Below the pieces are notes generated by a model that did not search any database, had not been told where the DNA came from, and saw only the letters and a program-made list of their open reading frames with translations. From an uncultured Porphyromonadaceae bacterium (GTDB lineage Bacteria; Bacteroidota; Bacteroidia; Bacteroidales; Muribaculaceae), in contig CABUBG010000001.1 in the NCBI GenBank assembly GCA_902489785.1, forward strand, positions 5,608-69,607: a DNA stretch of 64,000 nucleotides, given 5' to 3'. Numbering within the stretch: the first letter of the stretch is position 1; every line of letters begins with the position of its first letter. Below, in pieces: positions 39,467 to 48,828 of the stretch. The position numbers and the translations under genes were made by a program.

Positions 39467-40560
39467 TCCTTTTCTTTATTTAAATCCTTAGCGGGCGCTG
39501 TTTCATCTGACGGGGCGGATGCCGGCGCGCTTTTCGGAGCGTTATTGTCGGCCTTTCCGTCGCTCTTCTCGTTATTTTCCGGCTGCTCGACCGGTTTGGT
39601 TATCTCAACAAACTGGCGTACATCGTTGAATGTGCGTTCATTGACATCGGCCGAAGGACGGGCCTTGGCAAATTTCACGAAATCAGCCTCGGACAGCACG
39701 TCGTTGACGAGCGCCGCTTCATCGCTGATCATATCACAATGTGCTATTGCTTCGCGGATCTGTTCCGACGTCATCTCCATGGCATTGATGCCGAAGCGGC
39801 CGAAGAGATAGATACGCAGGATGTCGGTGAGCCGGGTGTAATATTCCTTGTCGGCGCCTTTCTGCCACAGTTTTTTCTCGCGCAGCGCATCGAGCTGACG
39901 TACGGCAAGCACATAAGGCGGAATCTGTTTCTTCTGAGGCCGGAGCGGCATCTTGCCGTAGCGGAACCATTTGAAATAGCTGAAAATCAGCAAGCCTAAT
40001 ACGACAAGGGCAATGAGCACCTTCCACCAATGTTTCTGGACGGCATCGGGGAGGAAGTCCCAGAAGTTGTCCTCAATCGATGATATATCGGTATAATCAT
40101 GTACGGTCACTCCCGTAACTTCGCCATTCTCAATGATGAGGTTCACGGAATCCAGTGCCACAGGCTCAACCTTTAAGGCCGGCGACTGCGGTATGATCGT
40201 ATCGGTGCCCGAGATACAATAGATCTTAGGCATCACATAAAGTCCTGAATCAAACACCTGCACGGTGTATTCCTGCTGAAGCTGTTTGCGTCCGTTGCCC
40301 AGATCATTCACCTTATGTTTGTCAGGCTCTGAGGTGATTTCGAGTTCGGGATTGTCCGATTCACCGATTTCAATGGCGGCGTTGCTCTGCATCGGGCCGG
40401 AAAAGTCGACTTTCAGCGTTGTTTTTCCGCCCTGAACCAGTGTGGTGCTGTCAAGCGTTGCCGAGGCATGATAATCTGTGGGCAGAGCCGCAGCCGGGAA
40501 TGCGGACAGGAATGCTGCCGCAATAACAGCGGCATTAAATATCTTGTTAATGCGCATCAT
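39463..40560 (-). CDS. Bat-operon membrane protein (DUF4381-like C-terminal half with an extra secreted N-terminal domain)
   Basis: 365 aa. Signal peptide, ~170-aa beta-rich domain, one TM (WWKVLIALVVLGLLIFSYF), a cytoplasmic helical region and a Pro/Ala/Lys tail. Has 4-nt overlaps with both neighbouring genes. Confidence 0.6.
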   Translation of the reverse strand: MMRINKIFNAAVIAAAFLSAFPAAALPTDYHASATLDSTTLVQGGKTTLKVDFSGPMQSNAAIEIGESDNPELEITSEPDKHKVNDLGNGRKQLQQEYTVQVFDSGLYVMPKIYCISGTDTIIPQSPALKVEPVALDSVNLIIENGEVTGVTVHDYTDISSIEDNFWDFLPDAVQKHWWKVLIALVVLGLLIFSYFKWFRYGKMPLRPQKKQIPPYVLAVRQLDALREKKLWQKGADKEYYTRLTDILRIYLFGRFGINAMEMTSEQIREAIAHCDMISDEAALVNDVLSEADFVKFAKARPSADVNERTFNDVRQFVEITKPVEQPENNEKSDGKADNNAPKSAPASAPSDETAPAKDLNKEKE

Positions 40561-41432
40561 CTTACGCCTCTGTTTTTAAATAATGACATTAATGCTTTAA
40601 CATAGTCCTCATCCGTGGCAATCGACGTGAAGTCAACTCGGTTTTTAAGCATCATTTCCGTTATCCTCTGCTGGCGTTCATACCACCATCGGTTGTAGGA
40701 TTTCCTCACCGACGAAGATGATGTGTTGACCCATTGCTCACTACCCGTTTCGAGGTCGGCGACACGGATCAGCCCTACGTCGGGCATCTGCGAATCGCGT
40801 TTGTCATAAACCTGAATGCCGATCACATCGTGCTTTCCGGATGCGACAGAGATAGCCTTTGAATAGTCGTGATCGTCGATGAAGTCGGAGATAAGGAATG
40901 TGGTGGTGCGTTTTTTGAGCGCATCGGTAAAGAAACGGAGCACTTGCGCTATATCCGTGCCGTTGCTCGTAGGCCGGAACGTGAGCAACTGGCTGATAAG
41001 AAACAGGATATGTTTGCGACCTTTCTTCGGCGGTATGAATTTCTCGATCTTGTCAGAGAAGAAGATCATACCGATTTTATCGTTGTTTTGTATCGCCGAA
41101 AAAGCAAGCGTCGCAGCTATCTCCGCGATGATCTCGCGCTTTTCATCACCCACGGCGCCGAACAGACGGCTTCGCGAAACATCGACGAGGAGCATCACGG
41201 TAAGCTCGCGCTCTTCTTCGTAGACCTTCACATAGGGGTGATTGTGGCGGGCCGTAACGTTCCAGTCAATATCACGGATGTCGTCGCCATACTGATATTC
41301 TCTGACCTCAGAAAACATCATGCCGCGTCCTTTGAAAGCAGTATGGTATTCGCCCGCAAAAATATTTTGTGACAATCCGCGGGTTTTGATTTCAATCTTC
41401 CTGACTTTTTTCAGTAGTTCGGTTGAATCCAT
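40557..41432 (-). CDS. DUF58 domain protein (MoxR-associated, VWA-like)
   Basis: 291 aa. REYQYGDDIRDIDWNVTAR is the hallmark DUF58 motif. Confidence 0.85.
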   Translation of the reverse strand: MDSTELLKKVRKIEIKTRGLSQNIFAGEYHTAFKGRGMMFSEVREYQYGDDIRDIDWNVTARHNHPYVKVYEEERELTVMLLVDVSRSRLFGAVGDEKREIIAEIAATLAFSAIQNNDKIGMIFFSDKIEKFIPPKKGRKHILFLISQLLTFRPTSNGTDIAQVLRFFTDALKKRTTTFLISDFIDDHDYSKAISVASGKHDVIGIQVYDKRDSQMPDVGLIRVADLETGSEQWVNTSSSSVRKSYNRWWYERQQRITEMMLKNRVDFTSIATDEDYVKALMSLFKNRGVR

Positions 41433-41514
41433 GACGCTATAGACTTGATTTTAAACATCCGGTGATAACTGCAGCCGCACTTTTGCATTGAAGGCAAAGT
41501 CACGACAACGGTCA

Positions 41515-42510
41515 TCAGGGCACTTCCACTTTATTAAGGATATCCGAGATCACCTCATCGGCCGAGATGTTGTTGGCTTCAGCCTCATAACTGAGACCGA
41601 TACGGTGACGGAGCACATCGTGGCAAACGGCGCGCACATCTTCCGGTATTACATATCCGCGGTTGCGGAGGAAGGCATAAGCGCGGGCGGCACGTGCCAG
41701 ACCGATCGACGCACGAGGCGATGCTCCGAACGAGATGATGCTCTGGAGGTCGGAAAGATTGTATTCGGCCGGGAAACGGGTGGCGAACACGATGTCGACA
41801 ATATATCGCTCGATCTTCTCATCGAGATAGATCTGCTCTACGATCTTCTGTGCTTCTGTCACAGCCTCCGGACGAAGAATCGGAGTCACGGCTTTCTGCT
41901 CGGGATTGATGTTCTGACGCACGATTTCTTTTTCTTCATTGCGTGTCGGATATCCGATGATCACCTTGAGGAGGAAACGGTCCACCTGTGCTTCGGGGAG
42001 AGGATAGGTGCCTTCCTGCTCGATGGGGTTTTGAGTGGCCATGACGAGGAAGGGCGAGTCGAGTTTGAACGTTTTGTCGCCGATAGTCACCTGACGCTCC
42101 TGCATGGCTTCGAGCAACGCGCTCTGCACTTTGGCCGGGGCACGGTTGATTTCATCGGCAAGGATAAAGTTGGCGAAGATAGGGCCGCGTTTGATCTGGA
42201 ACTGCTCTTTCTGAACGCTGTAGACCATCGTACCGGTGACGTCGGCAGGCAGAAGGTCGGGGGTGAACTGGATGCGGCTGTATTTTGCATCAATAAGCTG
42301 TGCGAGCGTTTTAATGGCCAGAGTCTTTGCGAGACCGGGGACACCTTCAAGAAGGACGTGGCCATTGGCGAGCAATGCCACCAAAAGAGAGTCGACAAGA
42401 TGTTTCTGCCCGACTATACGCTGATCCATGCCGCGGACAACCATCTCTGCAAAACCATGGTTGCTTGCCACAAGCTCGTTTAATTCGTTGATGTTAACAG
42501 ACATATTCAT
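41515..42510 (-). CDS. MoxR-family AAA+ ATPase
   Basis: 331 aa. Walker A-like GVPGLAKT and Walker B ILADEINRAP. Confidence 0.92.
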   Translation of the reverse strand: MNMSVNINELNELVASNHGFAEMVVRGMDQRIVGQKHLVDSLLVALLANGHVLLEGVPGLAKTLAIKTLAQLIDAKYSRIQFTPDLLPADVTGTMVYSVQKEQFQIKRGPIFANFILADEINRAPAKVQSALLEAMQERQVTIGDKTFKLDSPFLVMATQNPIEQEGTYPLPEAQVDRFLLKVIIGYPTRNEEKEIVRQNINPEQKAVTPILRPEAVTEAQKIVEQIYLDEKIERYIVDIVFATRFPAEYNLSDLQSIISFGASPRASIGLARAARAYAFLRNRGYVIPEDVRAVCHDVLRHRIGLSYEAEANNISADEVISDILNKVEVP

Positions 42511-42593
42511 GTTATTTCAGTTTTATTCAATTGAAAGCCAATAGATAACGACAACGTATATACCCGACTTGGGCAGTCGCGTATTACGCTACA

Positions 42594-42601
42594 CAAATTT
42601 A
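42594..42601 (-). promoter_or_regulatory. -7 promoter box TAaaTTTG upstream of the MoxR/Bat operon
   Basis: Reverse complement of caaattta. Lies 84 nt upstream of the moxR ATG. Confidence 0.35.
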
Positions 42602-42708
42602 GATATTGTCAACAAGTTAATTGTAAAATCGGATGTTAAAATTAACTATTATTCGTTGCCATGATTAAACATTAAGCAATTTTAAATCTCGCTAACTAAA
42701 GTGCGCAA

Positions 42709-43716
42709 TCAGAAGAGTGTAGCACCGTTTTTAACGAAATAAACAGCATAGCCGACCAATGCGAGCGCTCCGATTATTAGGCCTGTCACAAGTCCCAGGA
42801 AGAAGCCGAGCCCGAACCTCGACTTTTTATTCTGATAATGATAATCCACATATTCCTCCTCCACTTCGGGCAGATATGTTATGCCCTGAGGCTCAACATC
42901 CTGCGTCTCGTCTATCGTTTCGTCCTGTGTCTCGGCTTGTGTTTCTTCTTGTGTTTCTTCTTGTGTTTCATCCTGCGCCTCATCAGCCACTGGTTCCGAA
43001 ACGGTTTCTTCATCGGATTCTTTCTTTTCCTCGGTCTCCGGCTCTTCGACAGTCTTTGGTTCTTCTTCCGGAACCGGTGCTGTCACGTTGTCTTCGGCAA
43101 CTTCAGTCTCAGATTTGTCATCTTCGGCGCCCTCGCACGGTTGTTCGATTGATTCGACAGGCTGCTCGGCCACTACAGTTTCCGTCACGGATATGTCAGC
43201 GGCAATATCTTTCTCAGGCATCTTCTCCTCAGCCGCTTCTGATTCGGCAGGTGTCTGAGGTTCAGGTTGCGCTGCCTCTTCAGGTGCCGGTTCTGCAGGC
43301 GTCTCATCAGTAGCCTCTTTCGCTTCAGGCGCATTAGCCTCAGCTTTAGCTTCAACGGTTTCCTCCGGTTTCTCAGCCGGCACAGTTTCAGCCGGTGCGG
43401 CAACTTCATCGGATGTGACAGCATCGATTTCGGCCACATTAATATTGTCGGGGAGGATCACAGCCTCAAACATGGCGAACGGGGCGTTCACATCGTCGGA
43501 GAATTGTTTCTCCGGCTCAAAACGCACCGGTTCAGCTGTGTTGTGCGACACGGAAAATTTGCCAAGGCCCGCGATGGTCACCGACTGGCCGTCCAAAAGA
43601 GATTCTGTCACAAAACTGAACAACGATTTCAGAAAAGCCTGCGCCGTCTCGTTATCCATTCCGGTCTGAATGGCAAGCTGCTCGGCAAGTCGTTTTAAGG
43701 GTATCTTATTATTCAT
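42709..43716 (-). CDS. HU/IHF-fold N-terminal domain, ~200-aa acidic disordered linker and C-terminal transmembrane anchor
   Basis: 335 aa. N-terminus KRLAEQLAIQTGMDNETAQAFLKSLFSFVTESLLDGQSVTIAGLGKFSV is HU-like. Linker is E/T/P/A-rich with (EETQ)n. C-terminus is FGLGFFLGLVTGLIIGALALVGYAVYFV. ATGA overlap with the upstream HU-like gene. Confidence 0.7.
   Translation of the reverse strand: MNNKIPLKRLAEQLAIQTGMDNETAQAFLKSLFSFVTESLLDGQSVTIAGLGKFSVSHNTAEPVRFEPEKQFSDDVNAPFAMFEAVILPDNINVAEIDAVTSDEVAAPAETVPAEKPEETVEAKAEANAPEAKEATDETPAEPAPEEAAQPEPQTPAESEAAEEKMPEKDIAADISVTETVVAEQPVESIEQPCEGAEDDKSETEVAEDNVTAPVPEEEPKTVEEPETEEKKESDEETVSEPVADEAQDETQEETQEETQAETQDETIDETQDVEPQGITYLPEVEEEYVDYHYQNKKSRFGLGFFLGLVTGLIIGALALVGYAVYFVKNGATLF
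42901..42975 (-). repeat. 12-nt tandem repeats encoding (D/E)ETQ units in the acidic linker
   Basis: Plus strand contains cttgtgtttctt cttgtgtttctt cttgtgtttcat. Protein reads QDETQEETQEETQAETQDETIDETQD. Confidence 0.8.
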
Positions 43717-44000
43717 CCTACAAAACGGTTTCGAAGTACAACACTTGATTTGAATTCCACCTGTATCTCAGGCGGAAGCATCACTGTTTCATTAGTCACA
43801 TTGTCGGTGACAATACGTTCGTCCGTTTTCACGGCAGCTATTGTACCGAAACCGGGTATGGCCACGGCGTCAAGATCCTTGCAGAAGCCTTTCACGACAT
43901 CGGGCAATGCCCCGAGCATTTTCGATGCCGCATCGCGGTCGATTCCACTCTCACTGCAAAGTGAATTAATGATATCGTCGTTGTTCATGAGATATGTCAT
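43713..44000 (-). CDS. Small atypical HU-family protein
   Basis: 95 aa. …AASKMLGALPDVVKGFCKDLDAVAIPGFGTIAAVK… follows the HU fold pattern, but the arm region DERIVTDNVTNETVMLPPE lacks the usual Arg/Pro residues. Confidence 0.65.
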   Translation of the reverse strand: MTYLMNNDDIINSLCSESGIDRDAASKMLGALPDVVKGFCKDLDAVAIPGFGTIAAVKTDERIVTDNVTNETVMLPPEIQVEFKSSVVLRNRFVG

Positions 44001-44057
44001 TTAAAACGGCAAGCCGGCGCGGATGGATCATACGCATCGGCTTGCCGTGATGTTTAA

Positions 44058-45539
44058 TCAATAATTGCGGGCAAAAATCACGCGCTGCGCACTGGGTTTG
44101 CCGGTAACCATGCAGACGCCGGGCGTTTTATCGCCTTCGAGCGGGATGCAGCGGATTGTAGCCTTGGTTTCTTCCTTGATCCTCTCCTCCGTTTCGGTGG
44201 TGCCGTCCCAGTGGGCGAGGATGAAACCGCCTTTTTCGATCTCGCGCTTAAATTCATCGTAGGTTTCAACCGTGCGGGTCATCTCCTCGCGGTGTTTGAG
44301 CGCTTTGTCGTAGATATTCTGCTGGATATCCTCAAGCAGATCGGCCACATAATGTGCGATGCCTTCAAGCTTGTGCTCCGATTTTTCGAGCGTGTCGCGG
44401 CGCATCAGCTCCACAGTGCCGTTGGCAATGTCGCGGGCACCGATGGCGAGGCGCACAGGCACGCCTTTAAGCTCATAGTCGGCGAATTTGAATCCGGGAC
44501 GACGATTGTCGGCATCGTCATATTTCACGCTGACGCCGAGCGATTTCAGCTCGTCGACGATCGGCTGCACGTGGGCCGATATCTCAGCCAGCTGTTCGTT
44601 GTTTTTGTAGATCGGCACGATCACCACCTGAATAGGAGCGAGGTGCGGCGGAAGGACGAGGCCGTTATCATCGGAGTGTGTCATGATGAGAGCGCCCATC
44701 AGACGGGTCGACACGCCCCATGAGTTGGCCCACACATATTCGGGCTTATTGTCTTTATTGACGAATGTCACATCAAAAGCTTTGGCGAAGTTCTGGCCGA
44801 GGTTGTGCGATGTGCCGCACTGCAGGGCTTTGCCGTCTTGCATCATGCCCTCGATTGTGTAGGTGTTGACAGCACCGGCAAAACGTTCGTTGGCCGATTT
44901 CACGCCTTTGATCACAGGCATAGCCATATATTTTTCAGCAAATGCGGCATACAGATCGATCATCTGCACCGTGCGCTTCTCCGATTCTTCGGCTGTGGCA
45001 TGAGCGCAGTGGCCTTCCTGCCACAGGAACTCGGCCGTGCGCAGGAACATTCTTGTGCGCATCTCCCAGCGCATCACATTGGCCCATTGGTTGCAGAGGA
45101 TAGGCAGGTCACGATAGCTGTGGATCCAGTTGCGGTAGGTGCCCCAGATAATGGTCTCGGAAGTCGGGCGTACGATGAGCTCTTCTTCAAGACGTGCCTC
45201 GGGGTCGACGATCACGCCGTTGCCGTTAGGATCATTTTTCAGTCTGTAGTGTGTCACCACAGCGCACTCCTTGGCAAAGCCTTCTACGTGTTCGGCTTCG
45301 CGGCACAGGAATGATTTGGGGATTAAAAGTGGGAAATAAGCATTCTGAACGCCTGTTTCCTTAAACATGCGGTCGAGTTGCTGCTGCATCTTTTCCCATA
45401 TCGCATAGCCGTAAGGCTTTATCACCATACAGCCTCTGACTGCTGACTGTTCGGCCAGATCGGCCTTTACTACAAGATCATTATACCATTGCGAATAATT
45501 GTCGGCTCTCTTCGTGAGCTCTTTCAATTCTTTTGCCAT
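44058..45539 (-). CDS. proS: Proline--tRNA ligase (archaeal/eukaryote-like type)
   Basis: 493 aa. Class II motifs ([29 protein letters not shown]), an anticodon-binding domain and a C-terminal extension ending …FARNY. Confidence 0.94.
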   Translation of the reverse strand: MAKELKELTKRADNYSQWYNDLVVKADLAEQSAVRGCMVIKPYGYAIWEKMQQQLDRMFKETGVQNAYFPLLIPKSFLCREAEHVEGFAKECAVVTHYRLKNDPNGNGVIVDPEARLEEELIVRPTSETIIWGTYRNWIHSYRDLPILCNQWANVMRWEMRTRMFLRTAEFLWQEGHCAHATAEESEKRTVQMIDLYAAFAEKYMAMPVIKGVKSANERFAGAVNTYTIEGMMQDGKALQCGTSHNLGQNFAKAFDVTFVNKDNKPEYVWANSWGVSTRLMGALIMTHSDDNGLVLPPHLAPIQVVIVPIYKNNEQLAEISAHVQPIVDELKSLGVSVKYDDADNRRPGFKFADYELKGVPVRLAIGARDIANGTVELMRRDTLEKSEHKLEGIAHYVADLLEDIQQNIYDKALKHREEMTRTVETYDEFKREIEKGGFILAHWDGTTETEERIKEETKATIRCIPLEGDKTPGVCMVTGKPSAQRVIFARNY

Positions 45540-45608
45540 AATGTGGTTCTGTCAATATGATTTGTTTATTATTTTGATTTGCTTAAAATTATATGTTCGG
45601 AATGTAAG

Positions 45609-46262
45609 TTACTTCAGCTTCTTTTCACGGGCAAGCTTTATCATTTTCGGACCGGGCACGAAATAGATTTCAAGCCGACGGTTTTCTTTACGGTGCTTTC
45701 GGGTGTCGTTGCTGACGAGCGGCTCCGACGAGCCCATGGCATAGGGCACTATCACGAGATCTTCCGAGATGTCGCCTTTGTCAATGGCATCCATAAACCA
45801 GTCGTAGACAGTGTAGATGCGTGATGTGGAGAGCCCCTGTCGGTACTGTTCTGATCCGGTGTCGTCGGTATGCACGGCTACCAGGATTTTGTACATATAG
45901 GGGTCTTTCATCAGTTTCAGCACCGGATCAATCACTTTCGCGGCATAAATTGAGAAGAGGGTGTCGTTCGGCAGGAAAAGATCGTCGGTCGGTATGCATA
46001 TCACAAACACGTCGTCGTTGCGCATCATGTCGACGGTGTAGTTCTTCATCAGTTTCTCGGCAACTTTCTTCTGATATGCCGAGATGGATGCCCGAAGATC
46101 TTTGGGGATTTCCGGTGTGACAATATTTTGGGCTAATTCCATATCCATAAACACATCTTCCTGATAGTCGGGATAAGGATCAGCTTCGGGCGCACTTTGC
46201 TGTGCTACCATACCGGCAACCCCGACGCTGAGCAGAATTAGTGTTATTATAGTTCGTTTCAT
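45609..46262 (-). CDS. OmpA-C-like domain lipoprotein/periplasmic protein
   Basis: Start placed at MKRTIITLILLSVGVAG (signal peptide). C-terminal OmpA-like blocks ILVAVHTDDTGSEQYRQGLSTSR … NRRLEIYF. Confidence 0.65.
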   Translation of the reverse strand: MKRTIITLILLSVGVAGMVAQQSAPEADPYPDYQEDVFMDMELAQNIVTPEIPKDLRASISAYQKKVAEKLMKNYTVDMMRNDDVFVICIPTDDLFLPNDTLFSIYAAKVIDPVLKLMKDPYMYKILVAVHTDDTGSEQYRQGLSTSRIYTVYDWFMDAIDKGDISEDLVIVPYAMGSSEPLVSNDTRKHRKENRRLEIYFVPGPKMIKLAREKKLK

Positions 46263-46302
46263 TAATATATATATGTGAGTAGAGAAGTATTGAGTGGTGT
46301 GA

Positions 46303-46626
46303 TCAGTCCGCCTCCAGCAGAAGCGAATCTTCATAATCGATTTCAGCTCTGATCAATGGCTCGATATATTCCGTGGCGAGTGTCGCTTTCTTGTCTTTGC
46401 GTATCATTCTGACCGCGTAGTCGGTGATGTCGCGGATAAGCGCCTCTGGATCGTCGTCGGGATCATCATCCGCGAAATCGATATCGAGCAAACCGTTCTG
46501 CTCGTAATAGTCCCAGATAATATCAATAAGATTGAGCAGCTCATCATCATTGTAGCTTTCCGAAAGATCGGCCGGAAGCGCCTTGCGCATGGCTTTTATA
46601 GCTTCATTTTCATCATATTCTTTCAT
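46303..46626 (-). CDS. Small acidic hypothetical protein
   Basis: 107 aa, about 30% D/E (FADDDPDDDPE), no TM. Lies 4 nt downstream of rimM on the same strand. Confidence 0.5.
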   Translation of the reverse strand: MKEYDENEAIKAMRKALPADLSESYNDDELLNLIDIIWDYYEQNGLLDIDFADDDPDDDPEALIRDITDYAVRMIRKDKKATLATEYIEPLIRAEIDYEDSLLLEAD

Positions 46627-46630
46627 AATC

Positions 46631-47188
46631 TCATTGATTTATAGGGTTTAAGTCGAGGAGCCCCGATGGCAGCGACATTTTTATCGTTCGGTTTTCTGCG
46701 TCAATTTCAGTGATGTATTCGTCGGCAAGCGGGATGTAGAGTTGTACTGAATCGGGTGCGCGTTTATCTTGCGGACTGACGATGAGCAACACATTGCTGG
46801 TCGAATCGTCGTAATCTTCAATTTTGCCAATGACTTTCCCGGATTCCGACTCTACATTAAATCCGATCAGGTCGGCAAGGTAGAATCCGCCTTCATCATC
46901 GGAAGGCACGTCGGGCACATCGCTTTTTAGAGCGTAGATCTCTTTTCCGCAAAGCTCTTTGGCTTCATTTTCGTTGGTTATGCCGTCGATAGTCAGAAGC
47001 GTTGACGAAGAACCCCCGTTTCTGATGCCGGATATGAAGAACGGTACAAAAATACCGTCGATATCAAGTACGATGCACCGCAGTTTGTCGGGCTTGATAT
47101 CCTGATCCAGATCGGCCACAATCTCTCCTTTGATACCATGTGGTTTCAAAAGAGATCCTACGGCAGCTATTTCAGAGGCTTTGATCAT
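46631..47188 (-). CDS. rimM: 16S rRNA processing protein RimM
   Basis: VGSLLKPHGIKGEI N-terminal motif and a PRC-barrel-like C-terminus. Start placed at MIKASE. Confidence 0.85.
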   Translation of the reverse strand: MIKASEIAAVGSLLKPHGIKGEIVADLDQDIKPDKLRCIVLDIDGIFVPFFISGIRNGGSSSTLLTIDGITNENEAKELCGKEIYALKSDVPDVPSDDEGGFYLADLIGFNVESESGKVIGKIEDYDDSTSNVLLIVSPQDKRAPDSVQLYIPLADEYITEIDAENRTIKMSLPSGLLDLNPINQ

Positions 47189-47227
47189 TTTCCACGTAAA
47201 TCCATGACTGACCGACACGCCGGCCTG

Positions 47228-47815
47228 TTATTTTTTCTTTTTCTTTTTTCCTGTCGGCTGAACCGGAATGATGTAATCGCGTAGTTTCATCTGCGAAGAA
47301 TCGATGCGTATCGCTCCGTGCGACATCTCGGCCATATCGCGGAAAATACGGGCGTCTTCAACGCCTTCTTTGTTTGCGCTCATCAACAGCTTTTTCATCT
47401 GATTGGCAATGAGCACGATCAATTCGTTGCGTTCGTCGCCTTCTTCTATTTCTGACGCCTTGGCTATCATGGCTTCGATCGTCCGTCCATACTGGCGGCG
47501 GCGCAGTTCTCCGTTGCTGTAGTGCAGGGGAGCGGGGGTGGATTTGAGATAGTCAGAACGGATTATCTCACACGGATAGTCGATGTCGAGTTTGAAATCC
47601 GACATTATCGCAAGATGATCCCACAGCTTGTGGCTGTATTCGCCTCCCGACTTCAGTTCCGGAAAGAGATTGGCCATCGATGCAATGATCTTATATGCGC
47701 AGCGGGTGCGTTCATCGCGGTCCTCAATGGTCTGGCAATAATCGATCATTGACTGTATGTTGCGACCGTATTCCGGCAGCACAAGCGGCTTCATCTGAGT
47801 ATTATATCGTAGCAT
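47228..47815 (-). CDS. DUF4290 domain protein
   Basis: 195 aa. LPEYGRNIQSMIDY… is typical of the Bacteroidetes DUF4290 family. Poly-Lys C-terminus. Confidence 0.7.
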   Translation of the reverse strand: MLRYNTQMKPLVLPEYGRNIQSMIDYCQTIEDRDERTRCAYKIIASMANLFPELKSGGEYSHKLWDHLAIMSDFKLDIDYPCEIIRSDYLKSTPAPLHYSNGELRRRQYGRTIEAMIAKASEIEEGDERNELIVLIANQMKKLLMSANKEGVEDARIFRDMAEMSHGAIRIDSSQMKLRDYIIPVQPTGKKKKKK

Positions 47816-47842
47816 CTTATTCGCTTAATTATATATTTCGGT

Positions 47843-47850
47843 CAAAGTTA
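47843..47850 (-). promoter_or_regulatory. -7 promoter box TAacTTTG upstream of the DUF4290-rimM operon
   Basis: Reverse complement of caaagtta. Lies 28-35 nt upstream of the ATG at 47815. Confidence 0.45.
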
Positions 47851-47937
47851 CGCCATTTTTTTTATTCTCACTTAATTTCCCACCAGCTATTTTGCACAAT
47901 TTCACAATTGCACACACTCGGCAGGCCGAAACGAGAA

Positions 47938-47970
47938 GCTCCGGCAGTCCGTAAGAGCGGATGCCGGAGC
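47938..47970 (-). terminator. Probable terminator hairpin after fabG
   Basis: gctccggca(g)tccg-taagag-cggatgccggagc gives a 13-bp stem with one bulge, 55 nt downstream of the fabG stop. The following tract on the minus strand is only moderately U-rich. Confidence 0.55.
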
Positions 47971-48024
47971 ATGAATCAGTTGATTGTCGCTGATCTGACA
48001 GCGGAGATATGAATCGGCGGTTGA

Positions 48025-48771
48025 TTACATATTCATGCCGCCGTCCACCTGGATCACCTGACCGCTGACATAGCTCGACATATCGGATGCGAGGAATGTT
48101 GCGACATTAGCGATATCCTCCACTTTGCCACCGCGGCGCAGCGGAATTTTCTTTGTCCATTCAGCGCGGATATCATCGGGAAGAGCAGCCGTCATAGCTG
48201 TTTCGATAAAGCCGGGGGCGATGGCGTTAGCGCGGATACCGCGTGAGCCCACTTCCTGTGCGATACTCTTTGCCAGTGCGATAAGGCCGGCTTTCGATGC
48301 GGCATAGTTGGCCTGTCCGGCATTGCCGTGAACGCCTACCACCGATGCCATATTGATGATGCTGCCCGAGCGCTGACGAAGCATTATGGGGAGCACGGCA
48401 TTGATGAAGTTGAATGCGCTTTTAAGGTTGACATTGATCACGGCATCCCACTGCTGTTCAGACATTCGCATCATAAGACCGTCTTTGGTTATGCCGGCGT
48501 TGTTGACAAGAATGTCAATAGAGCCGAAATCTTCCTTCACTTTTGCAACCACCTCTTTGGTCTGATTGAAATCGGCGGCATTTGAGGCATATCCTTTTGC
48601 TTTCACACCGTAAGCGGCGATCTCTTCTTCGGTCTGTTTGCCGTTTTCGTCGATTACGAGGTCCGTAAAGGCAATATTTGCGCCTTCAGAAGCGAATTTC
48701 AGAGCGATCGCTTTACCGATACCGCGGGCTGCGCCGGTGATAAGGGCTGTTTTTCCTTCAAGAAGTTTCAT
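48025..48771 (-). CDS. fabG: 3-oxoacyl-[acyl-carrier-protein] reductase
   Basis: 248 aa SDR. TGAARGIGKA, NNAG, and catalytic YAASKAG. Confidence 0.9.
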   Translation of the reverse strand: MKLLEGKTALITGAARGIGKAIALKFASEGANIAFTDLVIDENGKQTEEEIAAYGVKAKGYASNAADFNQTKEVVAKVKEDFGSIDILVNNAGITKDGLMMRMSEQQWDAVINVNLKSAFNFINAVLPIMLRQRSGSIINMASVVGVHGNAGQANYAASKAGLIALAKSIAQEVGSRGIRANAIAPGFIETAMTAALPDDIRAEWTKKIPLRRGGKVEDIANVATFLASDMSSYVSGQVIQVDGGMNM

Positions 48772-48828
48772 GTCAGTTTGTTTTGTTTTCTGTGATGATT
48801 ATTGTTGTATATCTGTTTTTTTCGTTAG

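Noticed and set aside
41488-42483. 331-aa ORF on the plus strand exactly mirroring the MoxR gene. Similar long antisense ORFs lie at 19659-21092 (477 aa, opposite GH92/clpP start), 53635-54408 (opposite ftsY), 62867-63640 (opposite nrdD), 10759-11535 (opposite nth) and 31168-31839 (opposite murA).
   Set aside because: The translations are R/V/H/G-rich with no recognisable motifs, whereas the opposite strand encodes unmistakable conserved proteins. Long stop-free antisense frames are a common by-product of codon bias in moderately GC-rich genes.
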